Positions 51,939 through 60,901 of a stretch of DNA of 64,000 nt are shown here, one piece after another. The position numbers and the translations under genes were made by a program. The stretch is from Candidatus Poribacteria bacterium (lineage in GTDB: Bacteria > Poribacteria > WGA-4E > WGA-3G): contig OZ219753.1 in assembly GCA_964291315.2 (NCBI GenBank), positions 2,848,001-2,912,000 of the forward strand, read 5' to 3'. Within the stretch, counting starts at the first letter, position 1. Each line of letters opens with the position of its first letter. A model generated the notes under the pieces. It did not search any database and had not been told where the DNA came from. It saw only the letters and a program-made list of their open reading frames with translations.

Positions 51939-51962
51939 AATAGCATTAACATTAAGAAAAGA

Positions 51963-52047
51963 GCCGGAGTGGTGAAATTGGTAGACGCACTGGATTCAAA
52001 ATCCAGCGGGCCCTGGGTCCATGTCGGTTCGAGTCCGACCTCCGGCA
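51963..52047 (+). tRNA. tRNA-Leu(CAA), CCA not encoded
   Basis: GCCGGAG/CTCCGGC acceptor stem, anticodon arm ctgga-ttCAAaa-tccag, long variable arm, GTTCGAG T-loop. Confidence 0.97.
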
Positions 52048-52050
52048 TGT

Positions 52051-52082
52051 GGCGATGGTTTCTGGAGATCCATCGCCTTTTC
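52051..52082 (+). terminator. Intrinsic terminator after tRNA-Leu
   Basis: ggcgatgg...ccatcgcc stem followed by TTTT. Confidence 0.8.
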
Positions 52083-52103
52083 TGTGTCTTGCTATCTCGG
52101 AAA

Positions 52104-52895
52104 TTAGATTGCAACGATTCTGCGCATCCGTTTTGCAAGATCTATTTGTGTTGCCCGGTCTCCGCCGACTTCATGGATGAGGTAGCCGTCGTAACCAATT
52201 GCGCGGAAGGCCTCCATGACAGCTGGCCAGTCTGTATCTCCATCTAATAGATTAACAAATTGGTGGTTGCCGCGTGAGAAATCTTTGAAGTGGACGCGTT
52301 TGATACGATGCGTGAGTTCCCGGATCCAATGTTCTGGATAACCGTAGGCCATCATATTTGCGGTATCGAGATAGCAGCCTACCCAGTCGCTGCCTATTTC
52401 ATCAATAATATCTTTCATCTCTTTTGGGCTCAGCAAGAATTTGTTCCAGACGTTTTCGAGCCCGATAGCGACTTGATGTGTTTCCGCCGAAGGTGCGAGC
52501 TCTCTCAGGATGCTGACGAGATTGTCCCAAACTTGTTGGTAGGTACCTTCGACGGTAAGCTGCCCGGGGTGCAATAAAATTCCGCCGGTGCCGAGCGCGG
52601 CAGCGACCTCTAGTCCGCGGGCGAGGGAAGCTACGCCTTTTTCGCGCTCGGCTGCCTCTAAGCTTAATAAATTGCCTCGGTCGGCGTAACCTGCGGTAAT
52701 GCTGCTGATTTCGATACCTGCGTCCGCGCATTTAGTGGCGATGCCGCGGAGTTCCGTATCGCTCATATTAATGTCTGTATCGTTTCCTTCACTAAAAGTG
52801 AGCTCCACGGCATCATAGCCAGCGTCCTGACAGAGGGAAATCGTATCATTCAGAGACATGCCGCCGAGGATAATTTGGGTAACACCTATCTTCAT
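52104..52895 (-). CDS. Sugar phosphate isomerase/epimerase (xylose isomerase-like TIM barrel)
   Basis: 'LENVWNKFLLSP', 'LDTAN', 'VHFKD', 'GYDGYLIHE'. Start at MKIG after an AAGGAG RBS. Confidence 0.88.
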   Translation of the reverse strand: MKIGVTQIILGGMSLNDTISLCQDAGYDAVELTFSEGNDTDINMSDTELRGIATKCADAGIEISSITAGYADRGNLLSLEAAEREKGVASLARGLEVAAALGTGGILLHPGQLTVEGTYQQVWDNLVSILRELAPSAETHQVAIGLENVWNKFLLSPKEMKDIIDEIGSDWVGCYLDTANMMAYGYPEHWIRELTHRIKRVHFKDFSRGNHQFVNLLDGDTDWPAVMEAFRAIGYDGYLIHEVGGDRATQIDLAKRMRRIVAI

Positions 52896-53150
52896 TATTT
52901 CTCCTTTTCGATGTGAAATTGCAAGGTTGTCAGAGATTGTGTACAGAAGGGTGGAGTTTGGAGCCATTGGGGACGCCGGATAGCGACATAGTAAACGTCG
53001 TTAAACACGGTGTCAATAAGGATTTGGGAAAGGGCTGCTGAATTATCCAAAAACTGCTCGAGTCCCTTGTCTTCCGTATCACAGTCTAGACAGATTTGTA
53101 AGTTTTGTCCGATGTCAGTTTGGTCGAGTCGTGGTCCTGTTTTTGCCCTC

Positions 53151-54443
53151 TTAGGAAGATACCAAAAATTGGGAAACTGATTTGAGGTGACGACTGGGAA
53201 CACATGCTTTGACATGGATAGCTTCCGCTGCGTATTCGGTCTTTAGCACGGTGCCATGGGTGTAGAGTAGATCAAGCGCTTTTCCGTCTGTGTAGGGAAT
53301 GCTGAAAGAGAAGTTACTGCCGCGTTCACCGCATTGGTGTGCTAAAGCGTCTATGAGGTTTTCAATGCCGTCGCCGCGTTGGGCGGAGATAGGCAGGGCA
53401 TCTGGATAGCGGCTGCGCAAAATTTGCAGCCCCTCTTCGTTTTTGAGTCTGTCAATTTTATTGAAGATCATAAGCATTGGGATCTCAGTAGCGTGCAATT
53501 CTTCAAGCACTACATTTACTGCTGCTATCTGTGATTCTGCTTCTGGATGACTTACATCAACGACATGCATCAGAAGATCTGCGTCGGAAACCTCTTCGAG
53601 GGTTGCTTTGAATGCTGCGACGAGTTGGTGTGGCAATTTCTTGATAAATCCGACAGTATCGCTCAGCAGAATCTGCTGTTTTTGTGGCAGATTCACTCGT
53701 CGTGTGGTGGAGTCTAATGTGGCGAATAGTTTATCTTCAGCCAAGACAGTTTCGCCTGTCAAAACGTTAAAAAGCGTTGATTTTCCTGCGTTTGTATATC
53801 CGACAAGAGAGACTTTGACTTTGTCAGCGCGGTTGAGTCGTTGCACGTGACGTTGCTTTTCGACAGACTTAAGTGCTTTTCTAACGTGTCCGATATTTCG
53901 TCGCACCCAACGTTTGTCCATTTCAAGCTGCGTTTCACCGGGCCCCCGGAGGTGTCTACTGCCTCCTCCGCCTGTTGCGAGTCGTGAGAGATGTGTCCAC
54001 ATGCGCGTCAGGCGGGGGAGTGCGTATTCGAGCTGTGCCAAGGCTACTTGAAGTCGTGCTTCTTTCGTCAATGCCCGTTGTGCAAAAACTTGGAGGATAA
54101 GGCCTGTTCGATCAATTACGGTGACATCAAACGTTCTCTCAAGGTTGCGGTTTTGTCCTGGGGACAACTCTTCGTCAAAAATAATTGCGTCGACGTTGAA
54201 TTCTTCAATGAGCGGTTTGAGTTCTTCAACTTTTCCTTCTCCGATAAAGTAGGTCGGGTTTGGTATATTCCGCTGTTGTATTGTGGCGGAGGCGACTTCA
54301 ATGCCGGCAGTTTCTGCGAGTTGTTGAAGCTCTTGCAGTGATTCCTCGGTTTCATGTATCAGGTTATCTCGGAGTTTTATGCCCACTAAAATTGCCCGTG
54401 TAGGTGGATTCGGGACACGGGTGTCGTAAAATTCTTGCATCAA
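53151..54443 (-). CDS. hflX: GTPase HflX
   Basis: 'GPGETQLE', GYTNAGKST, 'LFATLD', DTVGF, NKID. Confidence 0.96.
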   Translation of the reverse strand: MMQEFYDTRVPNPPTRAILVGIKLRDNLIHETEESLQELQQLAETAGIEVASATIQQRNIPNPTYFIGEGKVEELKPLIEEFNVDAIIFDEELSPGQNRNLERTFDVTVIDRTGLILQVFAQRALTKEARLQVALAQLEYALPRLTRMWTHLSRLATGGGGSRHLRGPGETQLEMDKRWVRRNIGHVRKALKSVEKQRHVQRLNRADKVKVSLVGYTNAGKSTLFNVLTGETVLAEDKLFATLDSTTRRVNLPQKQQILLSDTVGFIKKLPHQLVAAFKATLEEVSDADLLMHVVDVSHPEAESQIAAVNVVLEELHATEIPMLMIFNKIDRLKNEEGLQILRSRYPDALPISAQRGDGIENLIDALAHQCGERGSNFSFSIPYTDGKALDLLYTHGTVLKTEYAAEAIHVKACVPSRHLKSVSQFLVSS

Positions 54444-54597
54444 AGGACTCCTTATCTTCCTCTAAAGGGAAACCGAAGCACAGCATCTTGGTTTACCTAG
54501 TAGGGCCATATTTATACTATAGTTTATCAAATCTATTGGATATTTTCAAGTGAAACCCCGCCTTAACAAAAAACTTCAGCTTTTCTGACGTTTTTTC

Positions 54598-54626
54598 TTG
54601 TATCTAAACTAATTTTGTGCTATACT
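54598..54626 (+). promoter_or_regulatory. Sigma70-type promoter for smpB
   Basis: TTGTAT-N17-TATACT with an extended TG. Confidence 0.55.
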
Positions 54627-54637
54627 TTAATAGTATC

Positions 54638-55096
54638 ATGAAAAGCGCTAAAGATTCTACATCTCCATTGATCACAACAAATAGGAAGGCGCGATATGAC
54701 TATCATTTGCGCGATCGATATGAAGCCGGTATTGCTTTACAAGGCACTGAAGTGAAAGCTATTCGTGCAGGGCGACTGAACCTGAGTGATAGTTATGCCC
54801 AGGTGTCAGATGGAGAGATTTTCCTGATTGATGCTCATATTGGTCCCTATGAACATGGGAATATTGCCAATCATGAGCCGAAACGGAAACGAAAGTTGTT
54901 GTTGCATCGGCGGGAAATCACTAAACTTGAGCGTTCGATTCGTTCCAAAGGAATGACCATTGTTCCAACGAGAGCGTATTTCAGCAATGGTAAAGTGAAA
55001 TTAGAGTTAGCTGTTGCGATGGGTAAACGGCTTTACGATAAACGTGATAAGATTGAACGTAAAGCGACTGCAAGTGAGTTGCGTTCATATAATTGA
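54638..55096 (+). CDS. smpB: SsrA-binding protein
   Basis: 'NRKARYDY...EAGIALQGTEVK', 'RKRKLLLH', 'GKRLYDKR'. Confidence 0.97.
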   Translation: MKSAKDSTSPLITTNRKARYDYHLRDRYEAGIALQGTEVKAIRAGRLNLSDSYAQVSDGEIFLIDAHIGPYEHGNIANHEPKRKRKLLLHRREITKLERSIRSKGMTIVPTRAYFSNGKVKLELAVAMGKRLYDKRDKIERKATASELRSYN

Positions 55097-55171
55097 TGGT
55101 TTCCATTATAAGAGAATCTAATGCGTAGTAGAATCCTATTGTTACAATTTCTGACCATCTATTTCCTATCC

Positions 55172-55525
55172 GGGGGTGTAAAGGTTTCGACGAAGGTGAA
55201 TGAAATATAGGTTGCATGTCGAGGTCTCCGCAGGCCTCGTTAAACAGGCGGAACACTTATAATTGCTGATCAAGAATTAGCACTAGCTGCTTAATAACGC
55301 GGCTACGCTTGGCAGTCTTGTCGCTCGTCAGGCCTGCTAAAGCGTCGCAATACGGGCTAGTTGCTTGTTTTTTCTCAAGGAACAGGCGGCGAATCTGCTT
55401 TTGAGATAGTCTATTCTGAATCTTGCATGGGAGAGTCTGATAGATGAATCTAAAAACCTGTGATAAGCATGTAGTAGCCTCTATTGAAACGTCTTCGGAC
55501 GCGGGTTCGATTCCCGCCACCTCCA
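55172..55525 (+). ncRNA. ssrA: tmRNA; tag (A)ADQELALAA** at 55265-55297
   Basis: 5' GGGGGTG...TTCGAC, 3' GGGTTCGATTCCCGCCACCTCCA, tag ORF ending LAA-stop-stop, adjacent to smpB. Confidence 0.97.
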
Positions 55526-55576
55526 TTTCATGCGGCTGTCCTGTTTTTGTCCGTAATACATTGATGCTAAAGTGAT

Positions 55577-55957
55577 ATGGCTGAGTTCATTAACACGCCT
55601 CCTCACATTCAGAAGCTGGTGCGATTGCATCTATGCAGAGATGAACATATCCGCTTATGTGTTCTGGGGCGTTCGAATTTGCTGCGCCCGGATTTTGTGT
55701 TTATCACAACGCACCGGGTGTTGGTGTTAGATGAACGATATATGGGCAGTCTTGCTGTCTCTTATACAAATGTGCGATGTAATATTCTATTCACGGAGAT
55801 TTGTGATGTTAAATTAGTTAGACATTTCAAACACCGGCTTCTCTGCCAAGCGCGGCTTGAAATCAGTGTGGTGCGTAATGTGTATTGGATTGATAACATC
55901 AGTTTCCGTTCAGCCCAGTCTGCCTACGCTTGCATCGTTCAACATTTTGCGCTGTAG
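55577..55957 (+). CDS. Bacterial PH-domain-like protein
   Basis: 'FVFITTHRVLVLD' pattern, 126 aa. Confidence 0.55.
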   Translation: MAEFINTPPHIQKLVRLHLCRDEHIRLCVLGRSNLLRPDFVFITTHRVLVLDERYMGSLAVSYTNVRCNILFTEICDVKLVRHFKHRLLCQARLEISVVRNVYWIDNISFRSAQSAYACIVQHFAL

Positions 55958-56212
55958 GAAATATCTTTGATTGATTAGGAAATTACCTAAGTTGATGATG
56001 CATGTTTGACGGTTTTGATCCAACGAGCATGTTAGATGCTTCAATTTTGTGACCGTGACCGGGATTTTTGTCAACCTACAATATCAAATTAGTTTCAAAC
56101 GGGACACTTTTCAGCAGAGATGTTTCCCTAAAGTGATGATTCGGTTTTAACGGACTTTCCGTTACCACCGGTTATTGAGTAGAACTCAACGTACAAAATA
56201 GCGAGGAATGCT

Positions 56213-56908
56213 ATGAGAGAATTCTTGAATTATCTTATAGTTTCGTATAATGTCTGGTTTACGGCACCGTTGACGATTGTGTTCCTATTATCGATTTTTC
56301 GACTTGTCACCGGGGCAATGGACTTCGGTGATGCGGATGTAGATGCCGATATAGACCCAGACGTGGATGTAGATATGGATGCGGGAGCGGACGTAGCCCT
56401 CGACTCGGCCCTAGAGACTGCTACTGAAGTAAGGGGTCCTTCTTTTGGCGATATTTTTGGTTTCTTGAACGTTGGTAGAGTGCCTTTGATGATTGTGCTG
56501 ATGTCGCTGTTGGGAACGTGGGGAATTGCGGGCCTGATTGCGAACGCTGTGTTTAATGTTCCTGAGAACCTGCAGTTGGTTTGGCTATCGTATGTCGTTG
56601 CGTTTTTATGTAGTTTCTTAGGCACTCGGTATATCTCTATTGCGCTTTCGCGGTTGTTTCCAGAGAGTGAAAAAGCGATTAGTGATGTGCAGTTGCTCGG
56701 TCTAAGGGGTCGTGTCATTAGCGGACAGATTACGCCGACTTTCGGGACGGCAAGGGTGCAAGTTCCCGATGGGCCTGAATTAACCGTCAGTTGCCGTGTG
56801 AAATCGGATGAATCCCCGCCTATCAAAGGCGATATTGTTGTTCTGATAGAGTATGATCGCGCCAAACGAATTTTTGATGTCCAAAAAAGTAAAATAGAGT
56901 CGCGCTAA
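56213..56908 (+). CDS. YqiJ/NfeD-like membrane protein with OB fold
   Basis: Asp-rich loop, 'GRVPL', C-terminal OB fold, upstream of flotillin. Confidence 0.8.
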   Translation: MREFLNYLIVSYNVWFTAPLTIVFLLSIFRLVTGAMDFGDADVDADIDPDVDVDMDAGADVALDSALETATEVRGPSFGDIFGFLNVGRVPLMIVLMSLLGTWGIAGLIANAVFNVPENLQLVWLSYVVAFLCSFLGTRYISIALSRLFPESEKAISDVQLLGLRGRVISGQITPTFGTARVQVPDGPELTVSCRVKSDESPPIKGDIVVLIEYDRAKRIFDVQKSKIESR

Positions 56909-56943
56909 TTGCGTGATTTTTTTCCATACTAAGGAGAACTGAA

Positions 56944-58803
56944 ATGAATGCTAACTTATTCATCACAATTGTCGGTAGTGTGTTTGCCTTGATGGTCATT
57001 TTTCTGTTAGTCTACCGTTCTTTCTACAAAAAAGCCCCTGCTGATTCGGCGTTGGTTGTCTCTGGTGGACGCAAAAAGCGGGTGGTCTTTGGTGGAACCC
57101 TCATCAATCCACTGACCAACACTAGCCAACTCATTTCCTTAAATACGCTCCAATTGCCTGTTGAACGAACAGGACAGGGTGCGCTTATCACGAAGGATAG
57201 TTTGCGTGTAGATTTGGAAGCGCAATTTTATGTCAAAATTGAGCCAAACGAGCAGGATGTGCTCAAGGCTGTGGCGAGTCTAGGGGATAAAACTTTAACT
57301 CCGGCTGAAGTGAACAAGCTCCTTGAAGGTAAGCTTGTGGGTGTTCTTCGCAGTGTTGCTGCCACGATGGATCTCCAAGAGTTACATGAGAAACGTCAGC
57401 AGTTTTCGGATCAGGTTCAGGAGGCGTGTCGGGATGATCTCGAACAGAACGGTTTTAAATTAGAGAGCGTTGCTGTCACGAATCTTGACCAGACACCCCT
57501 TGAGGCGCTTGATGAGAACAACCGGTTTGATGTTGTTGCAATTCAGACGATTAAACAGGAGGTTGAAGATCGGCAGACGGAGACTGCTCGAATTGAACAT
57601 GCAAACCAGGTAAAACGTGAGGAGGATCGGCTCAAAGCTGAGTTGGCAATTAAACAGCGTGAAGAAGAGACGGAAACGCAGGCGTTAGAAGTTGCGAAAC
57701 GTCTTGAGTTCGCGCAAGAAGAGCAGCGTAAAGCGATTGCCACGAACAAAGCCGAGCAGGAACGTGAAATTGAGTCGCATAAGTTTGAACAGGAACAAGC
57801 GATTCAGGAAGCGCGGATTAAACAAGAAGAAGCGGTGAAGTCTACGGAAATTTTGCAAAAACAGCGGCTTGATACTGCCCGGATTGAACAAGAACGTCAG
57901 GTGCAGGAAACCGAGATTTCACAAAAGCAGGCAGTCGAGATTGCTCGTGTTCAGCAGGAACAGACGATTGAAGAAGCAGAAATCCAACGTAGTCTCACTG
58001 TTGAAAAATCTAAGATTGAGCAGAAACGTGCTGTTGAGGAGGCAGGTATTGCCAGCAGGATTGTTCTCGTTGAGAAAGAGCGGCAGGAAAAAGAGGCGGA
58101 AGCTGAGAATGCGATTCAGGTTTCAATGAAGGAAAAAGAACGTGAGGCAGCATTGATTGAACTCTTAGGCGTTTCTGCCCAGAAAGCCAAAGCCGAATCG
58201 GGTGTGTTAACAGCAGAGGCTGTTGAGGAAGCGGAACGCCAGAGCAAAATTGCGCTTATCCGAGCAGAGCAAGAGGCGGATGAGGAACGAATTGCTAAGG
58301 AGCGAGCTGCTGATGCAGAAGCGTATGCTGTTGTTGAAGCTGCCAAAGCAGAACTTCAAGCTGCTGAGGTCAAGGCACAAGCACAAACAGTCCTTGCAGA
58401 GGCGTTGCTCGTTGAAGCGAGGGCAAAAGCCGAGGGCGAAGAGGCATCTATTGCTGCGAAAAATCAGGCAGATTCCAAAGTTCTCGTCAGCGATGCTATA
58501 TTGGCACTGGTTGAATCCCTCCCGGAAGTCACTAGCGAATTGATGAAGCCAGCCGAGCACATTGAAAGCATCCGCGTGTTGGACCTCGGAAACGGTGGTA
58601 ATGGTAAGGGCAGCAATGGAATGAACCGAATTTTGGGTTCAATCGTAAACGCCGGGGCAGCACTGCCGTTATTTAAGGAGCTTGTCAATTTTAGCGGTGT
58701 AGATACGGAAAAAATTGCACAGACTGTTCGGGATTATACTTCCAGATTGGCAGTGGATACTAAAGTAGAGTCGACGGGAGTAGAATCAACGGATACTGAT
58801 TAA
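56944..58803 (+). CDS. Flotillin (SPFH) family protein, YqiK/FloT-like
   Basis: N-terminal TM, 'LITKDSLRVD', SPFH domain, long E/A/Q coiled coil, 'KPAEHIESIRV'. Confidence 0.92.
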   Translation: MNANLFITIVGSVFALMVIFLLVYRSFYKKAPADSALVVSGGRKKRVVFGGTLINPLTNTSQLISLNTLQLPVERTGQGALITKDSLRVDLEAQFYVKIEPNEQDVLKAVASLGDKTLTPAEVNKLLEGKLVGVLRSVAATMDLQELHEKRQQFSDQVQEACRDDLEQNGFKLESVAVTNLDQTPLEALDENNRFDVVAIQTIKQEVEDRQTETARIEHANQVKREEDRLKAELAIKQREEETETQALEVAKRLEFAQEEQRKAIATNKAEQEREIESHKFEQEQAIQEARIKQEEAVKSTEILQKQRLDTARIEQERQVQETEISQKQAVEIARVQQEQTIEEAEIQRSLTVEKSKIEQKRAVEEAGIASRIVLVEKERQEKEAEAENAIQVSMKEKEREAALIELLGVSAQKAKAESGVLTAEAVEEAERQSKIALIRAEQEADEERIAKERAADAEAYAVVEAAKAELQAAEVKAQAQTVLAEALLVEARAKAEGEEASIAAKNQADSKVLVSDAILALVESLPEVTSELMKPAEHIESIRVLDLGNGGNGKGSNGMNRILGSIVNAGAALPLFKELVNFSGVDTEKIAQTVRDYTSRLAVDTKVESTGVESTDTD

Positions 58804-58809
58804 GGATTT

Positions 58810-58910
58810 TCAGTTCTCAGTTAAGAGGTACCTGTGTAACAACTCGTTGATCCTCCGAGGCCTTCACGTTTGGATGGATTGTTAAAAATAGCCTCTTAAC
58901 TGATGGCTGA
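58810..58910. repeat. ~100-bp intergenic inverted repeat (REP/MITE-like)
   Basis: tcagttaagagg (58817-58828) pairs with cctcttaactga (58892-58903), with further inner pairing and heptamer-like flanks. Confidence 0.7.
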
Positions 58911-58935
58911 TAATTGTTTGTGAAAGGAGCTACAG

Positions 58936-59445
58936 ATGGATAAAGAGAAACAGACGCGCATTGAGGTCAAAGTTAACTTTCTTTCAATTGATCGAAGTAC
59001 AGGGTCACCGATAGTTGTGCTGAAAGAAAAAGACAACGGTTCAAATCGGATACTGCTGATTTGGATTGGTGAATCCGAAGCGGCATCTATTCAGATGCAT
59101 TTGGAAAAGATGGTACTTCCGCGCCCTATGACTCATGATTTGCTCAAGATTATGATTGAAACGCTTGGTGCTGAGGTAATGAGTATTTGCGTGGCTGAAT
59201 TTGAGGATCCTACTTTCTATGCCCAACTAATATTGCGAGTCGACGGTAACGAAATTGAGATTGATTGTCGTCCCAGTGATGCGATTGCCCTTGCACTCCG
59301 CTGTGAGGTGCCTATCTACGTTGCCGAAAAAGTACTAATGGAGCAAGGCTTTTCTGAACAAGAGCTCAGCAGAGGCAGAGAGAATGATCCGAAAGAGGTG
59401 CTTGAGAACTTAGATGACGATACACTAAAGCAATATACGGTTTAG
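58936..59445 (+). CDS. Bifunctional nuclease family (DUF151)
   Basis: 'LLIWIGESEA', 'RPMTHDL', 'IDCRPSDAIALA'. Confidence 0.93.
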   Translation: MDKEKQTRIEVKVNFLSIDRSTGSPIVVLKEKDNGSNRILLIWIGESEAASIQMHLEKMVLPRPMTHDLLKIMIETLGAEVMSICVAEFEDPTFYAQLILRVDGNEIEIDCRPSDAIALALRCEVPIYVAEKVLMEQGFSEQELSRGRENDPKEVLENLDDDTLKQYTV

Positions 59446-59595
59446 GGCAGATTGTAAGCATAACGTGTTGTGTTCAGTCAGGTTGTGTTATCATGGAAAA
59501 ACTAGGGCATGAGCTTATGATTCAAAACAGAGCTGGTATTGATACTATAAGCAAACCTGGGTTTGGAACCGACTAAGTAAGGGTGCGTAAACGTC

Positions 59596-60513
59596 ATGGA
59601 CAATTCGTTTGGGAAAAACCACGTTGTTCTTCATGAAAGCTGCACGACTGCGTTGGATAGAGACAATTTTGCCTCCGAAATAGATCTTTCCCTCCTCGAT
59701 CCCCCGTTTAATCAGGATAAGGCGTATAACGCATGGGATGATAATCTGCCGCCGGAGCAGTATTGGGCATGGATGCGTGATATTTGTGCAAAAGTCTATA
59801 GATTAACTTCGGATGGTGGTTCTATCTATTTCATGCAGCGTGAAAAAAACACGGAATTTGTTTTACAATGCTTGCGCGATGCCGGATGGACTTTTCAGAA
59901 CCTAATTATCTGGAAAAAGAAAACCTCGGCAGTGCCCGGCATGAAGCGTTTTGGTAAGCACTACCAGGTCATCGCATTTGCAACGAAGGGAAGAACGCCT
60001 CGTGTTTTTCATCGTTTGCGTATTGACCCGCCGCTCCCCACAAACTACAAGCACGCCCGGAAAAACGGCATGTTCGTTACCGACGTTTGGGACGATATTC
60101 GTGAGTTGACTTCGGGCTATTTCGCGGGTGATGAGGCGTTGCGAGATGCTGATGGAAATCGCTTACACAAACAGCAAACACCGATTCAGCTCCTTCTCCG
60201 AATCATCCTATCCTCGACAAATTCCGATGATGTCGTCTTGGATCCGTTTGCAGGTTCAGGGACAACACTGGTTGTGGCAGAACAATTGGGCCGACAATCA
60301 ATAGGGATTGAGCTTGACCTAGACAACCTTGCCTTGATTCAACATAGGCTTGCTAAATTGAGGGAATCAGATGATGTCTCGCGGTTTTTCAAGGATTACG
60401 CGTGTACTCCAGACTTGGAATTAATTTGGGGAAAGCGTGAATTCGACCTAACATCTGTTTCTTCTGATGAACCTAATGCCAATCAAATGGCTTTTTTTGA
60501 GTCAAAGCAATAA
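59596..60513 (+). CDS. Site-specific amino-DNA methyltransferase (beta class, N4/N6)
   Basis: 'DPPFN' motif IV before 'LDPFAGSGTT' motif I. Confidence 0.9.
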   Translation: MDNSFGKNHVVLHESCTTALDRDNFASEIDLSLLDPPFNQDKAYNAWDDNLPPEQYWAWMRDICAKVYRLTSDGGSIYFMQREKNTEFVLQCLRDAGWTFQNLIIWKKKTSAVPGMKRFGKHYQVIAFATKGRTPRVFHRLRIDPPLPTNYKHARKNGMFVTDVWDDIRELTSGYFAGDEALRDADGNRLHKQQTPIQLLLRIILSSTNSDDVVLDPFAGSGTTLVVAEQLGRQSIGIELDLDNLALIQHRLAKLRESDDVSRFFKDYACTPDLELIWGKREFDLTSVSSDEPNANQMAFFESKQ

Positions 60514-60791
60514 ATGACTTACTCAATTTATCACTTTTTTGCTGACTTGTGTAAGAAAAAAGAGAGCTTCTTCTCAGAGAATAAACTTGAGGACTTTCCG
60601 TTTGATGAACAGATGTTTTCTTGTATCAACGACAAGAGAGGTTTGTTTCCCGATTTGGCCATTAAACTCAATAAGGGCGATGAACGGTTTACTGGTGGAG
60701 AATTAATTGAGCTTAAGGATAGCAAAACCTACTCGGTAGCTTCCTTTAATTCAACAATTCCGACAGGCGAAAAGGATATTAAGCTGTTAAC
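60514..60791 (+). pseudogene. Truncated restriction endonuclease (5' fragment)
   Basis: Coupled to the MTase (TAAATG), 'FPDLAI...IELKDSK' PD-(D/E)xK motif, runs into unrelated antisense sequence after ~92 codons. Confidence 0.65.
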
Positions 60792-60869
60792 AGACTCGAT
60801 GGCTCCAGGACAGGGTTCGCCTTTAAAATAGAGCGTGCCATCTATGTCAATGAAAAAAGCCTTTGGGCG
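60786..60869 (-). pseudogene. N-terminal remnant of a HAD-IIA (NagD/LHPP-like) hydrolase
   Basis: Not in the ORF track. Minus-strand translation RPKAFFIDIDGTLYFKGEPCPGAIESVN has DxDGT motif I plus 'PGA'. No in-frame start codon. Confidence 0.7.
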
Positions 60870-60901
60870 TGTTGAGTCCGTCTTCTGTCTTCTATCATGT
60901 G

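Noticed and set aside
52051-52082. Fluoride riboswitch (starts GGCGATGG)
   Set aside because: It forms a simple hairpin plus T tract after the tRNA and lacks the pseudoknot and downstream conserved elements.
52895-53215. 106-aa ORF between hflX and the epimerase gene
   Set aside because: It overlaps hflX and has no clear RBS or motif, so it is probably intergenic.
55257-55526. 89-aa ORF antisense to tmRNA, and the ORFs over tRNA-Leu (51854-52138, 51969-52247)
   Set aside because: These are typical spurious translations of RNA genes.
51963-55600. Prophage or island integrated at tRNA-Leu or ssrA
   Set aside because: No integrase, and I saw no duplicated 3' end of either RNA in the window.
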